From IMG/VR virus record IMGVR_UViG_3300025545_000026: 21,568 nt of DNA; one strand, written 5' to 3'. This DNA comes from a virus. Under the pieces are notes generated by a model. The model did not search any database and was not told the origin of the DNA. It saw only the letters and a list, made by a program, of their open reading frames with translations. The position numbers were made by a program, and so were the translations under genes. How positions within the stretch are numbered: position 1 is the stretch's first letter; the number at the start of each line of letters is the position of its first letter. Below are positions 7,539 through 15,200 of the stretch, in pieces.

Positions 7539-7668
7539 GTGGGATGAAGATAGTCATTATGAAAATGGTGAATTAATGGATAAAGATAAACATAGACAAT
7601 CTGAAATAATTAAAGCTTTAAAATGTGATTTTTATAGAATAAAACAAAGTGAGTTCGTTATTGGATAA
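7516..7668 (+). pseudogene. C-terminal remnant of a DUF559/Vsr-like endonuclease
   Basis: PNLNIVIEWDEDSHY...DKHRQSEIIKALKCDFYRIK fits the vIExD..H...D..R...RI pattern. The upstream Asp-containing motif is absent, and the first residues of track ORF 7474 are the +1 shadow of the primase remnant. Confidence 0.6.
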
Positions 7669-8617
7669 ATTATATTATTTAGTTGAACGACTTATAGGAA
7701 AATATCAGAAATTAAAATCTGGTGAATTGCAATTTTATTGTCCAAAGTGTAATCACTATAAGAAAAAATTACAGGTAAATTTAAATCGAAATTCTAAACA
7801 ATTTGGTTTTTATCATTGCTGGGTGTGTGATTTTAAAGGAAGAACGTTATTCCAGTTATTCAAAAAGTTAAATGCAACAAAAGAACAATGGAGTGAGCTT
7901 CGTGATATCGTTGGTGAAACTTCGTATAATCGAACTAGTGTAAAAAATACACAAGTTCAAACTGTAGAGTTACCAAAAGAATATCAACCATTATGGAATG
8001 GTGGTAGAGGTCCTGAATTTGAAAATGCTAAAAAATATATGTTCAGGCGTGGTATTACACAAGAAGATTTATTAAAGTATAATATAGGATATTGCACAAG
8101 TGGATTGTATACTAATAGAGTTATTATACCGTCATATGATAATAACAGCCAATTAAATTTTTTTGTGGGTAGGGATATATTTGATAGTAAAATGAAATAT
8201 AGAAATTCGCCGTCTCCAAAGAATATTATTGGATTTGATTTACTTATTAACTGGGATGAGCCAATATGTTTAGTTGAGGGAGTATTTGACGCGATAGCAA
8301 TCAAAAGGAATGCCATTCCTCTATTCGGTAAAACTATCCTATCAAAATTAAAAAGAAAAATTATTGAAAAAAAAGTAAAAACGATATATATATCATTAGA
8401 CACTGACGCTATTAAAGATTCATTAAAAATGGTTGATGAGTTTATGAGAAACGGTATAGATGTATATTTTGTAGAACTTTCACAAAAGGATCCATCGGAT
8501 TTGGGATTTACAAAAATGGTAGATATACTAAAATCTACCAAAAAAATGAAGTTTTCAGATTTGATGCGATATAAATTAAATGGCAAAAAACCAAGACGTT
8601 TGGAAACTTTACGATGA
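7649..8617 (+). CDS. DNA primase, T4 gp61-like (Zn finger plus TOPRIM), 322 aa
   Basis: CPKCNH...HCWVC zinc finger, VIIPSYD...FFVGR core, and TOPRIM motifs LVEGVFDAIA and LDTDA. Confidence 0.9.
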   Translation: MSSLLDKLYYLVERLIGKYQKLKSGELQFYCPKCNHYKKKLQVNLNRNSKQFGFYHCWVCDFKGRTLFQLFKKLNATKEQWSELRDIVGETSYNRTSVKNTQVQTVELPKEYQPLWNGGRGPEFENAKKYMFRRGITQEDLLKYNIGYCTSGLYTNRVIIPSYDNNSQLNFFVGRDIFDSKMKYRNSPSPKNIIGFDLLINWDEPICLVEGVFDAIAIKRNAIPLFGKTILSKLKRKIIEKKVKTIYISLDTDAIKDSLKMVDEFMRNGIDVYFVELSQKDPSDLGFTKMVDILKSTKKMKFSDLMRYKLNGKKPRRLETLR

Positions 8618-8786
8618 TGAATACAGAATTCATTCGGAGAAAAAACGTAAAGTGAACAAAATAGTCAAAGAAGCAAACGGAAAAATCGTATGTGAATATT
8701 TTAAGAAAAGTAAAGTATTTGCATGGGATATTAGTGTTCCTGCAAATAAAATAAAAGTTGCAAGAAAAATTCTCAAGGAGAAATAA
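8580..8786 (+). CDS. Hypothetical small basic protein, 68 aa
   Basis: Fills the gap between the primase and the nuclease, overlaps the primase end, and has plausible composition. No motif recognised. Confidence 0.6.
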   Translation: MAKNQDVWKLYDDEYRIHSEKKRKVNKIVKEANGKIVCEYFKKSKVFAWDISVPANKIKVARKILKEK

Positions 8787-8791
8787 ATAGT

Positions 8792-11700
8792 TTGAAAGAG
8801 CAAGTTGTAAAAGTTCCATTTCGTAAACTAAAAAAAATATTTCATATATCCGATATACAAATCAGAAATTTGAAACGCCATCGTGAATATGAAGAAGTGT
8901 TTGAGCGGTTATATGAATCAATAAATAAACACAATGATGGTAATTCAATAGCTTATATCGGTGGTGATATAGCACATTCAAAAACTGAAATGTCACCTGA
9001 GTTGATTGACCAATTATCAAGGTTATTTAAGAATTTATCTGACATTTGTCCTACAATTATCATTGCGGGAAATCATGATTGTAATTTAAATAATTTATCA
9101 AGGATGGATTGTTTATCACCAATAGTAGATAACCTCAATCATCCAAACTTACATTATCTAAAAGATAGTGGAATATATAAATTCGCAGATGTTAGGTTTG
9201 TGGTGTGGGATGTATGGGATGAATCGAAAAATTTTATCAAAGCTACAGATGTAGAAGGTGATACTAAAATAGTATTATTTCATGGAACGGTTGATAAAAG
9301 TTCAACAGATTTAGGATTTAGATTGCCATCCGATGTTAAAATTAACAAATTCAAAGGTTACGATTTGGGATTACTGGGAGATATTCACCTTCGACAGCAT
9401 CTAAATAAGGAAGAGACGATAAGTTATTGTGGTAGCCTCGTACAACAAAACCATGGGGAAGGATTAGATCACGGTTATCTATTATGGGATGTTCCAAATA
9501 GAAAATCTGAATATATAAAAATACAAAATGATTACGGATATTATACTATGGATATTGATGATGGTATAGTTCCTGATGTACCCGATATGCCTCAAAAGGC
9601 CAGGTTAAGAGTAAGGGTATCTAACACTGACTCTGTTCAACTAAAGAAGGCCTTGACTGTAATACAGACGAAATACGGTATAAAGGAGATAGTTGTAAAT
9701 AGGACTGACAGATTGACAGAAAGAGTTCGTGGGGATAGAACCGTTGATGTTGGAGACGTTACAAATCCAGATTACCAGTTTAAATTAATTAGAGATTATT
9801 TAAAAAGAAACCACACAGTAAGTGATGAAATATTATTAGAAATAAAAGGAATAAATGATGATTTAAATAATCAACTTCCAGATGAAGATGTTTCTCGTAA
9901 TATAAATTGGAAATTAAAGAAATTTGAATTTTCCAATATGTTTAGTTATGGTGAAGATAATATAGTTGATTTTACTAAGTTAAATGGTATTATTGGATTA
10001 TTCGCACCAAACGCATCAGGAAAGTCAGCTCTTTTGGATTCTCTTTCTTTTTGTTTATTCGATACGTCAGATAGAGCATATAAAGCGGATAGAGTATTAA
10101 ATAACAAAAGAAATTATTTTAAATGTAAAGTTAATTTTGAAATAAACGAAACTGAATATTTTATTGAACGTAATGCAAAACGACAACGAAATGGGCATGT
10201 AAAAGTTGATGTTGATTTCTGGACAATTGATGATAGTGGAGATAAAATTTCCTTAAATGGAGATCAACGTAGAACCACAAATAATAACATATATAGAATT
10301 ATTGGAACATACGATGATTTTATTATAACATCTCTTTCTCTACAAAATAATTCAACTGTATTTATAGATAAAACTCAAAAAGAACGGAAAGATCTACTTG
10401 CCCAGTTCATGGGATTAAGTGCATTCGATAGTCTTTATACTTTAGCAAACGATGAAATGTCAGATATATCAGCAGTATTACGAGATTTTAATAAAACTAA
10501 TTATGACGTGGAATTGGCTGATATAGAAAAAGACAATACTCAATATAATGAAGTTCGTAGGGATTTAAAAAGTCAAAAGAAAACTCTTACAACAAGACGA
10601 ACAGAATTAAGTGAGCAAATATTAGGATTGACTAAAAAGTTAAGACCTATCGATGCATCCATTTCAGATATAGATAAGTTGAATGTGGAGTTAGATGGAT
10701 TTAATACTCAACTTGATGTAATAGATACGAGACTTGGCTCAGTTAAATCAGAAATGATTGTTTTACAATCAAATAATACTGAATTAACGAATAGAGCGAA
10801 ATCATATACTGATTCAAATGTGAATCAAAAGTATAACGATTTTATTAATTTGGAAAATAAACGACAGAAAATTCAGATAGAAATTGACAAGCTAAAAATT
10901 GAAGTTCGTAATAAATTAGACAAAATTGAAAAACTTGGTAATTTAGGATGGGATGAGAATTGTGAGTATTGTATGAACAATCCATTCACGTTAGATGCAA
11001 TGGAAACCAAAGAAAGATTAAATGGTGACAAGAAGTTAGCAAGTGAATATATTTCTAAGTTAGATGATATTGATGTTAAATTAAAAAAGATTGAAAACAT
11101 TCACGATGACAAAGTAAATTATGATGAAGTGATTGAATCATTAAAACAAATTGAAATAACGCAAAATAAATTAGAATCAGAAGAAGTTATTTTAAAAGAA
11201 AAAAAGATAAATGTACTTCATCAAATGTCAAATACTAATAATAAGATTGAAAAATACCATGAAAATGAAAATGATATAATCTATAATAATAAGACAGAAA
11301 TAGAAATTGAAAATTTAAAAAATTCAGTTGAAGATTTTGATTATCAAATAGAAACCATAGATAAAAAAATACAAACTATTCATGGTGAAATAAAGATAAA
11401 TCAAACAAAGAAAACGTCTATCATTGAAACAATGAATAGAGTGGAAGATTTAGAAAATAAATATGAAGCTTACGATTTTTACATGGACGCGGTAAAACGT
11501 GATGGTATTCCATATGAACTTATAGAGAAGGCACTCCCTGCAATTGAAGGTGAGGTTAATGATATTCTTGCTCAGATGGTAGAATTTGGTATTGTATTAG
11601 AAATGGATGGAAAGAATATAAATACATATATTACATATGATGAAGATAATGTTTGGCCACTTGAATTAAGTAGTGGAATGGAACGATTTGTTAGTTCATT

Positions 11701-11956
11701 AGCAATACGTGTTGGATTGATTAACGTGTGTAATTTACCACGAGCCAATTTTTTAGCAATAGATGAAGGGTTTGGAAATATGGATTCGGATAATTTGAAT
11801 TCTGTTTATATGCTATTTCAATATCTTAAAACTCAATTTCAATTTGTATTTATTGTTTCTCATATTGAATCAATGAGAGATGCCGTAGACAGTTTATTAG
11901 AAATATCTAAAATAGATGGATTTAGTCAGTTGAAATTACCATCTAAATTTAAATAG
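8792..11956 (+). CDS. Fused Mre11/SbcD nuclease - Rad50/SbcC ATPase (T4 gp47-gp46-like), 1054 aa
   Basis: Phosphoesterase motifs HISDIQ, GGDIAH, AGNHD, LFHG and LGDIH. From about aa 373: Walker A APNASGKS (10004-10027), Q-loop SLQNN, coiled coil with zinc hook CEYC (10961-10972), signature LSSGME (11666-11683), Walker B/D-loop AIDEGFGNMD and H-loop VSH. Confidence 0.93.
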   Translation: MKEQVVKVPFRKLKKIFHISDIQIRNLKRHREYEEVFERLYESINKHNDGNSIAYIGGDIAHSKTEMSPELIDQLSRLFKNLSDICPTIIIAGNHDCNLNNLSRMDCLSPIVDNLNHPNLHYLKDSGIYKFADVRFVVWDVWDESKNFIKATDVEGDTKIVLFHGTVDKSSTDLGFRLPSDVKINKFKGYDLGLLGDIHLRQHLNKEETISYCGSLVQQNHGEGLDHGYLLWDVPNRKSEYIKIQNDYGYYTMDIDDGIVPDVPDMPQKARLRVRVSNTDSVQLKKALTVIQTKYGIKEIVVNRTDRLTERVRGDRTVDVGDVTNPDYQFKLIRDYLKRNHTVSDEILLEIKGINDDLNNQLPDEDVSRNINWKLKKFEFSNMFSYGEDNIVDFTKLNGIIGLFAPNASGKSALLDSLSFCLFDTSDRAYKADRVLNNKRNYFKCKVNFEINETEYFIERNAKRQRNGHVKVDVDFWTIDDSGDKISLNGDQRRTTNNNIYRIIGTYDDFIITSLSLQNNSTVFIDKTQKERKDLLAQFMGLSAFDSLYTLANDEMSDISAVLRDFNKTNYDVELADIEKDNTQYNEVRRDLKSQKKTLTTRRTELSEQILGLTKKLRPIDASISDIDKLNVELDGFNTQLDVIDTRLGSVKSEMIVLQSNNTELTNRAKSYTDSNVNQKYNDFINLENKRQKIQIEIDKLKIEVRNKLDKIEKLGNLGWDENCEYCMNNPFTLDAMETKERLNGDKKLASEYISKLDDIDVKLKKIENIHDDKVNYDEVIESLKQIEITQNKLESEEVILKEKKINVLHQMSNTNNKIEKYHENENDIIYNNKTEIEIENLKNSVEDFDYQIETIDKKIQTIHGEIKINQTKKTSIIETMNRVEDLENKYEAYDFYMDAVKRDGIPYELIEKALPAIEGEVNDILAQMVEFGIVLEMDGKNINTYITYDEDNVWPLELSSGMERFVSSLAIRVGLINVCNLPRANFLAIDEGFGNMDSDNLNSVYMLFQYLKTQFQFVFIVSHIESMRDAVDSLLEISKIDGFSQLKLPSKFK

Positions 11957-11968
11957 TTATAATTTAGA
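11942..11968. terminator. Weak candidate hairpin over the two convergent stop codons
   Basis: TCTAAATT...AATTTAGA forms an 8-bp inverted repeat with an 11-nt loop. It is very AT-rich and lacks a clear U-tract. Confidence 0.2.
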
Positions 11969-12136
11969 CGACAGTAAAATATTCCTTGGAGAAGAATGAC
12001 CTTCTCTATCCCGTTTCAAATTTAAAATATAAGCATTAACAAGGGCTGACATAGTAGTATGTTCGTCCTTTATGTGCAACCTAAACCAAGCTATTAAATC
12101 TTCATCAATAGTAAAAGATACTTTTTCTTTTTTCAT
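11957..12136 (-). CDS. Ribbon-helix-helix (CopG/Arc/BrnA-like) DNA-binding protein, 59 aa
   Basis: Not in the ORF track. GGAGG SD 8 nt upstream of the ATG. MKKEKVSFTIDEDLIAWFRLHIKDEHTTMSALVNAYILNL shows the RHH strand, helix 1 and S..vn helix 2 pattern. The stop abuts the Mre11-Rad50 stop. Confidence 0.8.
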   Translation of the reverse strand: MKKEKVSFTIDEDLIAWFRLHIKDEHTTMSALVNAYILNLKRDREGHSSPRNILLSSKL

Positions 12137-12165
12137 CTATATATCCTCCATATAATATCCATACT

Positions 12166-12173
12166 ATAAATAT
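12166..12173 (-). promoter_or_regulatory. ATATTTAT on the minus strand (overlaps TATAAATA at 12165-12172 on plus), candidate promoter
   Basis: 29 nt upstream of the minus-strand RHH start. Confidence 0.45.
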
Positions 12174-12191
12174 CAATAATTCCCATTTCGT

Positions 12192-12199
12192 ATATTTAT
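12192..12199 (+). promoter_or_regulatory. Recurrent intergenic motif ATATTTAT, candidate promoter
   Basis: 30 nt upstream of the giant gene TTG. Confidence 0.45.
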
Positions 12200-12201
12200 T
12201 A

Positions 12202-12219
12202 CTGAATAACACTATTCAG
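12202..12219. promoter_or_regulatory. Perfect inverted repeat CTGAATA-ACAC-TATTCAG overlapping the SD of the giant gene
   Basis: 7-bp arms with a 4-nt spacer. The right arm includes the first bases of AGGAG (12218-12222). Confidence 0.55.
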
Positions 12220-12229
12220 GAGAATCCGA

Positions 12230-15200
12230 TTGGGTGTATTAAAACGTAAAAACGAGTTATTAAACTTAAAAGACATAGATATATTAGTAGAAGATACTTT
12301 ATTTGATTCCAAGTATTTTAGGGTATTGGAATGCCCTACAATATTAACTCAAGGTAAAAGTAGTTTCCTAATCGGTGGATCATCCTATTTAAAGTCTGGT
12401 GTTGAATTAAAATTTGAGTTAATACATAACGGAACCGGTGAAGTAATATATACTCAAGCCGTTAGTGGTCATTTAGAAGCCGGTTCTCGTAGAGTTTCCA
12501 TTGAAATATATGAAGATGTTGAACCAGGTCCAGCAACTCTTTATATAGTTGGAGAATTAAATCCAGATTCTTCTGATGTAAATATACCAACAGAATGGCA
12601 AGGGATTTATAATGTAAGGTGGACTAAACAGATTACAATAAATGCTGCTGGTGTAAATACCGAACCTATATTTTTCTATAAACAACCAACTATAACAGTT
12701 TCAGAAATTTTTAAGGGATATTTAAATGTTCCAAGTGTAACTCCAATAACTTCTTCTTTACTTGTAAGTGGTCAACCGAGAGACGGTTTACAAAGTATTA
12801 CACCAACTCCAAATTCTGTAGCTGGTGATTATCCAGAACTTGATTTTAAACAAAAAGCAAATAAGGCTACAATAGAAGAAAATAAACCACTTATTAAATT
12901 AACTGGTAAAGGTGGTCATATTGGTTCACAAGGAAAATTATTAAAAACGAATTCTCCATCTCCAAATGATTATATAATTACAACTGATTCTTCCACATTA
13001 GTAACAAGTTTATATGTAGGTCAAGAAGTTACTATAACTTCACCACAAGTAGATGCTTCAAAATTCACATTAGAATCATATCACTCCATCCCTACTTATT
13101 TCAGTTCATCAGTAATGAAAGTATTGAATGAAACTTCATTTGTAACTTCTGATCTATTTTATGTTCACGATACGAGAACTTCTCCTGTAACTCTTGTACC
13201 AGCCCCTTTGGCATCTCAAACTATAAATACAAGTTACAAAGATATTTCAACTCAGACTACATCATCTATAAATTATGTTTCATTCGCTGATATGGAAATT
13301 TCCGATTTAAAAACATTTTCAGGAGATGTACATAAAGTAAAGATTTATTCAAAGGCTGAAGGTTCACTTGGGGACTTTGAAAAGATATTTGATTCTCCAA
13401 TAGAAAGTTCAGAAATATTATTTGATTCTAACGAAGATACTTCATTATCTAACATGGGGTATTGGATTGACCAGGCGAGAATAACAAAATACTGGGAATC
13501 GTATGAAGGAAATAATGGAGATGGGGGAAGTGGAACATTAACTTTTGATTCTTCTATTGTAATAGATTCTATGAAAATCTCTGGATCAAATAGAGAATAT
13601 GAAAGTGAACTACGTGTTCAAGTAAAAAATGATTTAAATTTTGTTGCTAACGGACTATACACTTTCCGTGCAAAACTTTACGGTACAAAGACGAATAAAA
13701 AGGATGTTAGTGGGAATGTAACTAAACGGGGTGATTTTCAAGTATACGTGGTAGGTGATGCATTTAATAAAGATACTACAGAAGCATCACATTGGGGAGT
13801 TCAAAAATTAGAAGTTCCAGAATTCCCAAGCGGAGTTGATAATTACGACTTTGGAACCATAGAAGGAAATTTCACAGCAGACAATACAGGAACAGGAAAA
13901 TTACAATTTAAAGTTCCGTCAGGTGAATGGTATATTTCAGATATTTCTGTAAAAGCAGCGTCAGATACTGCTTTTAATCCTGATTATGTAAAAGTAGTTG
14001 CACCGATACCACCATTGTACACCCGACCAGATAGTGTAAGATTTTTAGTGGAGTTTTATGATGTAAATAATAATATAGCCGACACGGTAATTTTTAGTGA
14101 TTTTTTTACATTTCAAGGAGAGAATACGTCCATTGGTGGAACTGATAATATATTAAGTGGTTCTATGTATATTGGTAATGCCATCGGTAGTGGTATTGAA
14201 ATGGCAGGTGTAAGTTCTGGCTTTATTCGTTCAATAGGATATGAAGGATTCACAAGTGCATCAGAAGGAACTGGTCAAGGTGGATTCTTAATGTGGTCCG
14301 GTTCAGTATTACCAGATAGTGGTGATTCTTATACGGGTGTTGGGTTAGAACTCGTAGCTACAAGTGAAAGTTATTTAAGATATAGAAGTAGTCCAAGTGA
14401 ATTAGATATTAGAGCCGATGCATTCTACGTAGGGAATCAAAACACTCAATACATTAGTGGTAGTGGTGGAAATATAGAAATTAGTTCATCTAATTTTCAT
14501 TTATCTGCAAGTGGTGATGTTACTATGACAGGAACTATTACAGCCACGGCAGGTAATATTGGTGATTGGATTATTAAAGATGGTAAATTAAGTGGTAGTA
14601 ACGCTACATTAGATGCAACTGGAGCGGCATTATATATGTCCGACAAGGGACCAGATACTGATAGTTCGGCTACATTTGATATTCAAAGAGATGAATATTA
14701 TATTGATTTTACACCAGCTGATCAAGGTAATACTACTAATTATTTTGTTAAGTTTGGACCTAATTTTGCAGTTGATAGTGATGGAGTATTGGTTGCGAGT
14801 GGAGCAGTTTTTGAGGGACAGATAACAGCTTCTACTGGACAAATTGGTGGAGCAGATATTGGAGATACATCATTAGAATATTCACCATATTGGAGAATCT
14901 CATCTTCAGCAAATACATCAGATCCAGTATCATTTATATCATCAAGTAGATTTAAAGTTTCTGCTGGTGGTAATATAACTGGTTCACAAGTATTGTTTAC
15001 GGGTGGCACTGTCGGCGGATTTGAATTATCATCAACACAAATAAATTCTACAAATGATAATTTAATATTAAAATCAAGTGGACATATAACAGGTTCACAA
15101 GTTAATTTTACTGGTGGTAAAATTGCAGGATTTGATATAAGTGGTACTAAATTGCAACAAGGAACTTCATTTTATTTAGATGGAGATAGTGGTGGTACGT

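Noticed and set aside
7398-8617. Group I intron or intein interrupting a single primase
   Set aside because: The downstream primase has its own complete N-terminus and zinc finger, so the upstream piece is a redundant remnant rather than exon 1. The insert is too short for a ribozyme core.
653-11100. Nested ORFs 653..907, 766..1053, 1449..1859, 2859..3125, 4235..4417, 5425..5736, 7984..8586, 8535..8819 and 10873..11100
   Set aside because: They overlap well-supported genes extensively, lack SD sites and show no recognisable motifs.
8792-11956. Giant eukaryotic virus (NCLDV) origin suggested by the Mre11-Rad50 fusion
   Set aside because: SD sites, GTG/TTG starts, overlapping operon-like genes, a gp61-type primase and tail fibre motifs indicate a bacteriophage.
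11989-12006. GAGAAG-N6-CTTCTC hairpin as a terminator
   Set aside because: It has only a 6-bp stem, no U-tract, and lies inside the RHH coding sequence, so it is compatible with chance.
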